From NCBI RefSeq assembly GCF_006345805.1, contig NC_043006.1:92938001-93002000 (forward strand): 64,000 nucleotides of DNA, given 5' to 3'. The notes beneath the pieces are model-generated. The model saw only the letters and a list, made by a program, of their open reading frames with translations, had not been told where the DNA came from and made no database searches. This document shows, piece after piece, positions 26,795 to 37,875 of the stretch. How positions within the stretch are numbered: the stretch's first letter is position 1; each line of letters starts with the position of its first letter. The translations under genes and the position numbers were made by a program. This stretch comes from Octopus sinensis (lineage: Eukaryota).

Positions 26795-27437
26795 AGAAAA
26801 ATAAAAACGGAAAATACGCACACTTACATGGTTATAGTATAATTTTTAATGTATCGACCGGTTTCGCAATCGCTATTCATGATACAATGTTTAATTTATA
26901 TGAAAATATATATGGTAAACACATAGAAAAATGTGCAGATAACATCAAACCAAATTTTACAGTCTTCCCTTTCTACCAGTACAAAGACACAATCTCTCAG
27001 CTAGAACGCTTAAATAAAGAAACTTTTTTCATTGAAAAATACAAGACGCGTCTGAATAAGCACGCATAACCAATTTTTATATTTTTACACATTACATCAC
27101 TGTACATAAATTCCCTACTAAACAAGACCCCCTTTTTTTAAAACCTGTGTCCTTTCTGTACACATATTTTTCCCCACCCAAAACCTAAACAGTTATCTCC
27201 CCTACACACAACAATAACAATAATAACAACCAATTACCTCCCTTTACTTGTCAACTTGTAAAATCATCCACTCGTGGATCTCATTATAAACAACATGGAC
27301 CCATTTTCTTCTTAAGTAAAAATATACTTTCATATAAATTAAACATTGTATCATGAATAGCGATTGCGAATCCGGTCGATACATTAAAAGTATACTATAA
27401 CCATGTAAGTGTGCGTATTTTCCGTTTTTATTTTTCT
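26795..27437 (+). mobile_element. Penelope-like 3' remnant bracketed by ~110-bp inverted repeats that carry a hammerhead-like motif
   Basis: 26795-26905 is inverted relative to 27327-27437; between them [37 protein letters not shown] (PLE GIY-YIG C-terminus). Confidence 0.75.
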
Positions 27438-27969
27438 GATATATATATACATATGTGGGCATAGGACGTCACGAAACGTGTACAACAAAAAAATATACGC
27501 AGTACGTGTACATGGATTATGAACTATTTTTTCGAACAACGAAAAACACAAATGGAAAACAAGACAAACAGCATAAAGAACGACCCTTCATCAGTTGTTG
27601 GCTGTTTTTCTAGTCTCGTATTTCGAGAATTTAACAACAATATACCCTTTCGATAAAACAGATGCTCCCGCAAAGCAACTTAAATAAAATTTGGGATTTT
27701 GCGGTGGGTCAAAATTTGTAACACAAGTAGGACAGGGACAATAAACATATATATGTATGCATGTATGTTTTTAAATATGTGTGCATGTATTTATATATTC
27801 GCTGACAGAAGTTTAGATATTACGTATTGAAACGAATGAAAGCACCATCTTATTCGGTTAATAGTCTCTTTTACAGGGAAAAGCAAGTTACTCTACATTA
27901 ATTTCTATTTTAATTGTTATTTGATGAATGATTTTAAATATCGAAATGATTAATATTCTTAATATTCTC

Positions 27970-28170
27970 AGTGAGCTAGCAGAATCGTTAGCAGGATGGG
28001 AGCAATGCTTAGTGGTATTTCGTCTGCCGCTACGTTGAGTTCAAATTCCAACGAGTTCGACTTCGCTTTCATTCTTTCGGGATTGATAAATTAAGTACCA
28101 GAGAAACACTGGGGTCGATGCAATCGACTAGTCTCCCCCCACCAAAATTCAGACCCTGTGCCTTTAGCAG
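27970..28170 (+). mobile_element. Meta-core-like SINE with an alternative tail
   Basis: Same head and core as 23754 but ends CCCCCCACCAAAATTCAGACCCTGTGCCTTTAGCAGAAAGAATAATT. Confidence 0.7.
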
Positions 28171-28574
28171 AAAGAATAATTTATACTTTTAGTGAATGTG
28201 ACACTTAGCTGAGAAAGTTTTTAACTGTACAACTATTAGAGAATTTTTTTTTAAAAACCGCGCGGTCACCAATGTATTGTGAAGGTGGGTGTGATTGAAT
28301 ATTTGGGTAGTTAATAAAAGTGCACCTTTGATAGTATTTACAGCTGAGCGCACTAGAGCAAGGTGAAGAACACGACATGCTGCACAGTCCGGAAATCGAA
28401 CTGCCTGCTAGCTATTGTGAGTGCAAGACCCTATATATATTTATAAGTACAGATATTCTATAATTATTAGTATAATTATAATCAGGGGTTAGCTAATTGC
28501 TTCGCCACGCACCGAATTTAGAAATAGCAGTTAAAACACCTTTTCCGCTACCATAAATATCTCCCAGACAGTAA

Positions 28575-28705
28575 CGCATGTTGCTTTTCATCATTCGGGG
28601 TTCGATTAAATAAGTACTAGTTACTCACTGGAATCGAAATAATCGATTTAATCCCTTTCTCTGTCCTTGTTTGTCCCCTCTATGTTTAGCCCCTGTAGGT
28701 AAGAA
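28575..28705 (+). mobile_element. Partial Meta-core-like SINE with Tx1-like tail
   Basis: GCTTTTCATCATTCGGGGTTCGATTAAATAAGTACTAG...TTTGTCCCCTCTATGTTTAGCCCCTGTAGGTAAGAAAG. Confidence 0.65.
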
Positions 28706-29274
28706 AGCAATGTATTTATAAGGAGGTGCAGTTTTCGATCAGGGAGTTAATTATATTTCAATAGCAATAAAAGAGTAAAATTAATTAATTAATCAATTAA
28801 TTAAGAATTTTACCAAGTAGTTCGGTACGTTAAAATAATCTTTTTAGGTAATATTATACAAATATTCTATAATTATAAGCATAATTATAATCAGAGGTCA
28901 GCTAATTGCATCGCCGAATTTAGAAATAGTAGTTAAAATACCTTTTTCCGCTACCAACTACAGTTTCTGCGGGATTACTTGTAACTCACGTGGCTATTTG
29001 AGGATAAATAGGTGTTCTCATTCGGCTGTATATATCTCGAAGTGTTGGTTAAATATCAGTTATGCGATGACGCTTGATCGCGTACATATTTAATTGTAAC
29101 ACTCAAATTTATATTTGAAATTCTGCATTGAAAATTGGAAATAAGTATATATAACATTACTTTATTCCTGAAACGCGTATGTAGCTAATGTGAGTCGTGC
29201 GGATTCGATATTTTTTCTCTTTGCCTACGTAAAAAAAGTGTGTGTTACTGTCTGGGAGATATTTATGGGGAAGG

Positions 29275-29450
29275 GGTCTATTCGGTCATATCGGCCCCTG
29301 TGCAAAACTGGTAATTATTCCATCGATCCCAAAAGATGAAAGGCAAAGTCGACCTCGGCGGAATTTGAACTCAGAACGTGTCGATGGGCGTATTACCGCT
29401 AAGCATTACACCCGGCATGCTAACCTTTCTGCCAGCTCACCGCCGCCTTA
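29275..29450 (-). mobile_element. Meta-core-like SINE (head plus core)
   Basis: GATCCCAAAAGATGAAAGGCAAAGTCGACCTCGGCGGAATTTGAACTCAGAACG...TGCCAGCTCACCGCC is the reverse complement of the 23754 head and core. Confidence 0.75.
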
Positions 29451-29826
29451 TATACAGACATATTAATGACTTAAGAAGCAGATAGATGGATGTAAGATAG
29501 AGAGAAAAGAAATTGCATATGTACGTCTGTGGTAAAGTCTGTGCTTTATCAGTCCATTTTACTTTTAGAGGAGCTTCATCTAAAACTGTATATTCACACG
29601 TAAACTAGTGATTGGCTTAGATGTTAACTGAATGTTTTCTGTATTAAATGCATTCATATTCAAACACATAGTCACACATATTCATATACACACGCACACA
29701 CACACACACACACACAACACACACACACACACATATATACATATATACATACACGTATATATGTATATATACATTAAACAAATATACATATGTATATATA
29801 TACATAAACACAAATATATATATGTA

Positions 29827-29990
29827 TATATATATATATATATATATGAAGGGCATCCAGCTGTAGAAACACTGCCAGATCTGACTGGCCTGGTGCAGCC
29901 TTCTGGCTCCCCAGACCCCAGTTGAACCGTCCAACCCATGCTAGCATGGAAAACGGACGCTAAATGATGATGATGATGATGATGATGATG
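29827..29990 (+). mobile_element. 3' tail of an RTE-type LINE or SINE ending in (TGA)n
   Basis: GAAGGGCATCCAGCTGTAGAAAC...CCAACCCATGCTAGCATGGAAAACGGACGCTAAA(TGA)n. Confidence 0.55.
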
Positions 29991-31673
29991 ATATATATAT
30001 ATAAATTCCTATATATTAGCGTACATAAACACTTGTACATGCAGTTATATAAACATTTATACAGATTCATATATATATATATATATATATATGCATATCT
30101 GTATGTATGTGTATATGCATATATGTATGTTAGTATGTGTGTGTATGTATGTAGGTTTGTTTCTACGTCTATCGGTATAAACCATTTGCAATTCTTATGT
30201 TCAGCACATTGTCTCTGTTCCTTAAACTTCTTTATCGATTGTGATGTTATTTCTCAATAATTCCATAATGAAGAAGAGTAATTAAATTTCGCCGGTTATT
30301 CATATAAATCTAATTAGCGCTGTAAAAATTCCTCTTCTCTTGAAGCGGATGTGATTTAAATATAATTATTGTTATCAACGTTGTTGCCTACATAAATTAA
30401 TTAGTCACCCTTTAAAAGCTAAATATACCGGCCCTTTCTTCAATCCTCCCTTTTAATTTTTGTTTCCTTTGATTCCTGACAATTTTATTTTGTTTTATAA
30501 AATCATATCAATTACCAACTCATGCATTTAGTTGATATATTGAAAGTGTTTCTTCCTATTGTACTTGTTCTTAGTATTGCCATCACGTACTCGACTATGA
30601 TAGTATGGTACAGATAGTATTCTGATGTATTCTCAATTCTGACATCGTATTGACGAATGTTTCTCGCCCTTGGATATGTAACATATTTTCAAAGTATTAA
30701 TGCTTACCGAATGTTTGTAAGAGATGAAAGAGAACGATTGTTGTATTCGATACGAACTAAATTTGATCTAATAAATTTTATTCAATATTTAAATGCATTT
30801 CAAGTCGAAATAATTCAAAACTTCAAGACATAATTGAGTTAGATTTAAAGTGTTCCATTTTACACTCACACGTACTCACACACATACAGACACACATACA
30901 CATAATTTTTGTTCTTAAGTATTTTGAATAATGGAACTTTGTACACTTTATCAACGATATTTTCATTGTATTTGTTTATCAATGCGTTGTCAAATTATTA
31001 ATTCAGTTGCCTCCATTTTGTGATATTCATCTCGTCGTACGATTACGGAAACGGAATACAGATGACACCAGCAATATCTGGTTCCTCTTCTGATTGTAGC
31101 CGCAAAAGTGTTCAATTCAGTACAACAGGTCAAGGAAGCACTTTTCCATTATAGAATGCCATCAGTAACAGATGGCACAGTGTATACGCACATTCGATGA
31201 CACGTATCCAAATCATAGTGCTTGACTCTCTGAAAGGAACTATGGAAGGACAAAAACTCCAGGCCTTTCAGTTTGTTGTCTCTCAATATATTAAAAATTA
31301 TTCTAGGGCATAGTGCAGTCAGCCTTCATGATCATTTGTTGAGTCTCTGGACCTCCCATAGACAGGAGTAAGTAATCCAGAAACAGGAAAAGTAAACTCG
31401 TATACTTGCAACAAAATTAAATCGACTGAAAAAACTCAAGAACGAGATAGCTCACCGTCGAAGACCTCAGAAAGTATTTCGTCTGCTGCTCTAACAGTAA
31501 TGTTAATTAACTGCTTTGAAAGGGTAATATATTTCATGCAACCTGATTCTATGAGTGACAAATTCATTTCGATGAAAATTCAGGTCTGTAAACTGAAGAT
31601 ACCGCTTTAACTATCATGAAGATTTATTTACATTATTTACATTTGACGGATACTAGTCCTCATCTTGTTTTTT

Positions 31674-31719
31674 AACACAACGTTTCGGCTGATACACCCT
31701 CCAGCCTTCATCAGTTGAC
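31674..31719 (-). ncRNA. Minimal type I hammerhead ribozyme motif; core intact, stem I imperfect
   Basis: gucaa CUGAUGA A GGCUG gaggguguau CAGCC GAAA CG UU guguu: conserved CUGAUGA and GAAA boxes, 5-bp stem II, palindromic AACGUU stem III. Confidence 0.65.
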
Positions 31720-31963
31720 TTGGGGACATTTCGATCCTGGGTTCTCATTCCTAACGTATTTTTCCATGTTGTTATTATTTTTATTATTATTATTCAGGTC
31801 ACTGCCTGAAATCGAACTCGGAATCTTGAGGTAATTTGCCCGCGCTCCTGACCACTACGACATATGCCCGTGGGCATATGACGAGTTCGATTCCAGGCAG
31901 TGACCATAATAACAACAATAATAATAATAATAATAATAATATAATAATAATAATAATATAATA

Positions 31964-31997
<34 letters not shown>

Positions 31998-32029
31998 TAA
32001 TAATAATAATATAATAATAATAATAATAA

Positions 32030-32060
<31 letters not shown>

Positions 32061-32170
32061 AAGAAGAAGAAGAAGAAGAAGAAGAAGAAGAAGAAGAAGA
32101 GAACAACAACAACAACAACAACATCGAAAAATACTTTAGGAATGAGAATCCATATTCGAAATTTCCCCAA

Positions 32171-32216
32171 GATACCTGATGAAGGCTGGAGGGTATATTA
32201 GCCCAAACGTTGTGTT
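32171..32216 (+). ncRNA. Minimal type I hammerhead motif with a G12-to-C core mutation
   Basis: gauac CUGAUGA A GGCUG gaggguauau UAGCC CAAA CG UU guguu; stem I gauac/guguu can pair, but GAAA has become CAAA. Confidence 0.55.
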
Positions 32217-33889
32217 AACAACAAACAAAATGAGAACAAATATCCGTCAAATGTAAATAATGTAAATAATTCCTCATCTCTTAAATACAGAACTGTATCA
32301 TATAATTTCTTGAATGGTTTTCGCTTTTTCCACTTCGAAAGGGCGAGTGATGAGCTCTAAACAAGCTGGTTGTGCCTCAGACTATATTAGAGTTACCCAC
32401 ATATTACCCTGGATGGGAAACATAATTACAATTCCTTTTTACTTTATTTTGTTTTTCTAGTCAAAAATACTAAGTCTCCATAAAGACGTTAACTTTCATT
32501 GAAATACCATTTTAACATTCACTTTGTCTCGTAACAGAAACCGGATATGCTCTCATTTTGGCTTTCTGGAAGAGAAGAATTTAAGTCAATAACAAGGCCA
32601 GAAACCAGTTTCGATCTCATTTAAATTAAATCCACTTCAGTTATGTTAATATTACTCTTGATTACATAAATGTCCTTACCAAATAAAAGTTTTCCATTCG
32701 CACAAAATATGCAGAATGTATTCCTAGTAAAAGGAAATTGTAGTTGAAGAAATTTTAGACAACACCAGCATATCGATCGCTGGCAGAAACTAATTCACTG
32801 CACTTAGTTTGCTAAAGAACTTTGGAAAATAGTTCTTTCTAAACAAGTAACGTCATGCCATTACGTTCCCTAAATTACAGCACTATATTTTGAATAGATA
32901 AAACGAGCAAATATGAATTCTGTTCAAGAACAATAGATTATCTTTATATAATCTTAATCTGAGGTGCTCTTACAGTGCACAGCTGGAAGCATTTCACTGT
33001 GTGTATGCTACTAATGTTCTGGAGGCATATTTCCCGTTAAATCCCACACTTAATCTCTATTTCTTGTGCAAATGGCCCTTCATAAATAGTTGAAAATAAA
33101 CCATTCTAAATAATATTAATGGGGTGAGAAACAAAACGCGTCAAAATGTGTCATCTTAGTTTAGCTCTGTACAGGATTGAATTTTCCTTTCTTTCCCTTG
33201 CGGCCATAAAATAAATATGAAGTATGAACCGGAGATGATTCAATCGACTCTTCTCTTCTTGAATAACTTTATGGCTATTGCCTGTTCAAAGATAATCATT
33301 AATATGAATCCTATCACCGTTCGAATTGTTAAAAATATGGCGCTGCCTCGAGATGACTCAACGACTAATTTCTATTCTGGATAAAAATCCTCCACTCATT
33401 TGCTTTCCCTCCAATAAAATCCATTAACAAATCGTAACCTTATTGCGTACGTAACTTTATTGCCTGAAACTTTCTGGCCCTATGATTAAATAATAAAAAT
33501 AAAATAGGAATATCAACCAATAACTCATCGTTCTTGAAGAATAACGTAACCAGGGAATATTTATCGTAATAATAGCTACGGCTTTCCAAAATTTCTATTT
33601 GCAGTTTAGGTCCGCCTTCTATAAAGGACTACAAATTTTGTTTGTAAAATACAATATAAATACACCAGGAATAATTAAGAATTTAGACACTTCTACAACG
33701 TTGCCTGTGAGGTTAGAATTGCTATAGTGTGTCAGGGCAGCAATATTGGAGGAGAAGATACGTCGATTACATCAACCCCAGTGTTTGATCGGTACTTCAT
33801 TTACCAATACTGAAAGGATGAAAGGTAAAATCGACCTCGCTGGAATAATAATAATAACAATAAATTAAGAATATAAAAGACTCCACTAC

Positions 33890-34438
33890 AGTATAGCAAG
33901 ATTTGTACATTGGACACTTTGCGACAAGTATGGACTTGACAGAGCAAAAACTTGGTACGACCACAAGCCCAAAGGATTAATCGAAAAGTAAAATGCAAAG
34001 ATCCTATGGGATTTTATGATTCAGTGCGACCATGGGATAGAGAATAGGGAACCAAACATAGTCTTAATTGAGAAAGAAACCGAACTAAGCTGGATCATAA
34101 ATATAGTATGCCTAGCTGACAACAAGGTATGCAATAAAAAAGAAAGAAAAGTCGATAAATATGACAGGTTAGCTTGGGAGGTTAAGCAGTTGTGGTCAAT
34201 GAAAAAGGTGGTAGTACCAATAATTGTCGGGACCCTGGGAACAGTGTGTAAACATCTTGAGAAGTACATGGAACAAATAGGGACAACAATAAGGGTGGGG
34301 CACTTGCAGAAAATAGCACTGCTTGGAACCGCTTGAATACTCCGGAAGGTGCTCGAAAAATTAGGTGTTAACTTAGTTTACTGGTTGTGGAGAACTGACA
34401 CTGTAGTACATCTCCAGCGTTAGAAGCTGTGCAAAGGC

Positions 34439-34440
<2 letters not shown>
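33890..34440 (+). mobile_element. 3' end of an R4/Dong-like non-LTR retrotransposon (RLE domain) abutting (TAA)n
   Basis: RFVHWTLCDKYGLDRAKTWYDHKP..KILWDFMIQCDH.I..REPNIVLIEK..K..KY..L..EVKQLW..VVPIIVGTLG..LQKIALLGTA; followed by (TAA)n at 34439-34490 and preceded by a TAA-rich tract near 33845. Confidence 0.8.
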
Positions 34441-34492
<52 letters not shown>

Positions 34493-36651
34493 GGAAATAT
34501 TTTTCAATGTTACAAGCATACACACACACATAGATCAGAGGAAGAAACACATAAACACATATCCGAAAACATCATTCACTTGTCAAACATCCATCTACAC
34601 AATTACACTTATCAACACGTATTTAACTTATTAACACGTATATAACAAAAAAAATCTTGTTGACGAAAATATATCTCTACTGACATCTCTGTTTTTTACA
34701 CGCGTAACATTTTTTCCCAATTTCATGGCCAACCATTAATTATGCGTAATTATAGAGCGGTGTGGTTCCTGTAGATTCATACACAATCTTGCGGTGATTT
34801 ATAAATAATCTTACATAGATTCATCCAGTACATAATATGAAAAATTCTCGTAACTATGTAAAAATCGAAGACTAATACATATCATTCCTATGTAAGTTAT
34901 GCCAAGTTATGTATAGCTCTGCGAGTAATGCGCAGGTGCACTGACTCATCGCTGAATCCAAGGACCACATTATGTATTGAAGGACACGTAGGAAGTTGCT
35001 TATTGAAACCAGTAACCAGTGCATTTGGTACTTTGAAGATGTCACTCATTGTATGTATGTCACTCATTGTATGTATGTCACTCATTGTATGTATGTCTGA
35101 AATTGTTATTTCAGATATTATATTATTTCATCATGCACACTTCATTTTCACACACACAAACACTCACACAACTGTATTAAAACAAGAAGATGGAATGAAC
35201 AGGCTTCAGTCATAAATCGCAACACTTGTTTCTCTGCAATGGTAACTGGTGTTAGTTGCTGAGTTTTCTATATCATACCATTACATACAATATTATATAA
35301 ACAAGAGCAAACCTTCGCCAAGGCAACACCAGCGTCCTCTCAACGATTATTAGCCGGAGATGATTTTTAAAATGAGAATATCTTAAATAAACTCGACTGC
35401 TGTCACAAACGAGAATAGTAAAAATAAAGCTGACCGCTCTCAAAAGTTAAGTAAAGAAACAGGAAAAATAATCCAGAATCCTTTTGTAGTACCTGATCGA
35501 TCCCAATGATAGTCATGGAATATAAAGGTGGGAGTGCTGGCCGTGTTTGTAATGCTGTGTGTATGTCATCTGCAGTGGGAACAGAGGCATGTTCTCTATG
35601 AAGGCCTGTTTTAGTCTATACACTGTTATAGTGTCTTTACGACCATTAAGGTCTATAGGGAAAAATTTATCCCTGCGTGAAAGATAACAGACAGACCTGC
35701 ATACGGTTCTATTAACGGAAGTTTAACAACATCGTTGCGCACAAAAGCCTGAGTCGAAGAAGTAAAGCTTTCTTCAAGGCAGAGCTAGAAGTAGTTACGA
35801 GGTTTTAAACAGGAGCGACATATTCAAAATTAGTAAAACTACTATTGTTACTGAATATGTTAGTATTATTTAATTTCTGAACGGTTTTGCTGCCATTTGT
35901 TTATGTAGTTTAATGTCTTCATCCATCAGTTTTTTACTAAGAGACGCGAGTAGAATTAATAATAGGGAAACGGAAATAAAACTTTGGAAACAGCAACGCC
36001 GCTGTAACTTAAATGGAAACTATGAGCGTATTTTTAAGGTAGATAATCAGAGAAAGACTTGAAAACGAACGTAAGATCGTAATACTTCATATAAAGTAAA
36101 TATAACAAATAATCCAGAATCCTTGTTTGCTACCGGATTGATCCAAAAATCTAATCAGTACGTGCCAATCACATGGCCAATCATCTCTGAAAGTTTCATC
36201 CGATTCACCCAGCGCTTCTTGAGATATCTTTTCCACGGTGAAACAAATAAACAAACAAGTCTGGAAACAACACATCCGCCTTTGTTAAGGCGGAGGTAAT
36301 AACATAAATACCTATGATCCAACAGCAGCAGTGTGTAGCTGCTATCAAAGGTGCTGCTGCGTCATATCTGTTTATATAATCATTTATGAAATAATGGTTG
36401 TTACCACCTGAACGTAGTTGCTCTGCAAAATACAATGCTACCTCGGTTTTGAACTCAGGAGGACACTTTCTCCTGCTGGTTAATGACAAAATATCTATGT
36501 CCGATATATTACAAACAAGGGAGTGAACATCTCGCTTCTAGGAGGCGATAGGACCGGTAGACTAGCTGAGTTGTAGGGTCTCACCCTTCATCATTACTGG
36601 TACACATGTCTGCTAGAAATGGTAGTCGTTCGCCCCAGTTCGCAATATATA

Positions 36652-36883
36652 TATGGTGTTCAGAAAGTCCCTCCCCAGTAAGTATTTAATGGTTTTCGAG
36701 CAATTCTTGTACACTGATCCTTTACTTGCTCACCAGAAAAAAATCTGCAGAGTTAAATCAGGTGCTCTTGGTGACCAGAGTTCTTTCGGAATAATCCGTT
36801 TACCAAAAATCTCTTAAAGTAGCGTCATGGCGATGCGTAGGATGAAAGAATTCACTACGAAGAGACTTTTTGGACATCCTGTA
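36652..36883. mobile_element. Degenerate Tc1/mariner-type MITE
   Basis: Imperfect TIRs TA-TGGTGTTCAGAAAGTCCCT and AGAGACTTTTTGGACATCCTG-TA, with TA flanks. Confidence 0.4.
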
Positions 36884-37875
36884 TAAATAAATGACAAACA
36901 GCTACTCATTTTAAACAACTAAAGTTGCAAGCTGTAAAAGAGATGTATGCAGTAACTCTCCTGAACAGTAATGGTTGTTACCACCTTAACGTAGTTTTTC
37001 TGCATAGAACACTGTTACTAGACATTTTAGTAGAATTACTATTTACATTACTTGTACAGATTTCAGAACTACCAACTTCGCCTATTTAAGAAATAAGTTT
37101 TTAAATAATATAAGTAAAACCCAGCAATAACAGCTGTTACCGCGGCACATAAACAATGGATGTGGTTCGTAGTTAAAGCCTGTTCGTTCTGTCTTCTTGA
37201 CCTGAAAAATTTTGTAAGCTCTGTACACACTACAGGAGTTCCACATATATGTCCAGTAAAAGGAGTAATCCAGCTTATGATGGCATATGGTAGCTGATAC
37301 CCGTATAGGAGCTTTGAAATGCATGTTATGAGATTAGTATCCTGAAGATATTGAATAAATATACATGTGAAAAAAGACACACACACACACACGCATACAT
37401 ACAGACAGACAGATAGACAGATGGACAGATAGACAGACAGACAGACAGATAGACAGATATAGCTAGATAGTCAAATAGATAGATAAATATGTTTCTTTAT
37501 TAGCCACACAGGGCTGCACACAGATAGAACAAATTACAAGGTAGAGCTTTTCTTTTGAAGGTTTAAAAAAAAAAAAAAAATTAAAATAAAATAAAATAAA
37601 AAAAGGGGGGTCGATCAAAAGGGATCGTAAAAGGAGAGAAAGAGGACAAAAAAAAGGGGGGGTTAAAAAAAAGGGGGGGAGAGGAAAAAAAATTGATCAA
37701 TAGGGATCGTTATCACAGAAATGTCAATATGAAGTGTAAAGGGGAGGACAGGTGAGGTTACCCGTGGAAAGAAAAGCCTACGGAAAAGACCACGGTAACC
37801 TCGGTCAATGAAGTCACATGTTATATTTCTTTTTTTTTTTGCAAATAAGCAACTCTCTGTATTAATTTTTACGGT

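Larger units (their letters stand above)
31622..32270. mobile_element. Head-to-head pair of tRNA-headed SINE-like units with Penelope-type hammerhead tails
   Basis: Symmetry centre CATATGCCCGTGGGCATATG (31861-31880). The left unit (minus) has A box TGTCGTAGTGG, B box GAGTTCGATTTC, (TAA)n and a hammerhead motif. The right unit (plus) has lost the A box and carries an expanded (TAA)/(GAA)/(CAA) tract. Confidence 0.8.

Noticed and set aside
34740-35100. Possible piggyBac-like C-terminal remnant with an 18-bp tandem repeat (ATGTCACTCATTGTATGT x3)
   Set aside because: Motif similarity is too weak to support by eye, and the short tandem repeat is ordinary slippage.
35300-36300. Helentron/HINE-like non-autonomous repeat ends (CCGCCTTTGTTAAGGCGGAGGTAATAA)
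   Set aside because: The terminal hairpin is suggestive but boundaries and subterminal repeats could not be fixed.
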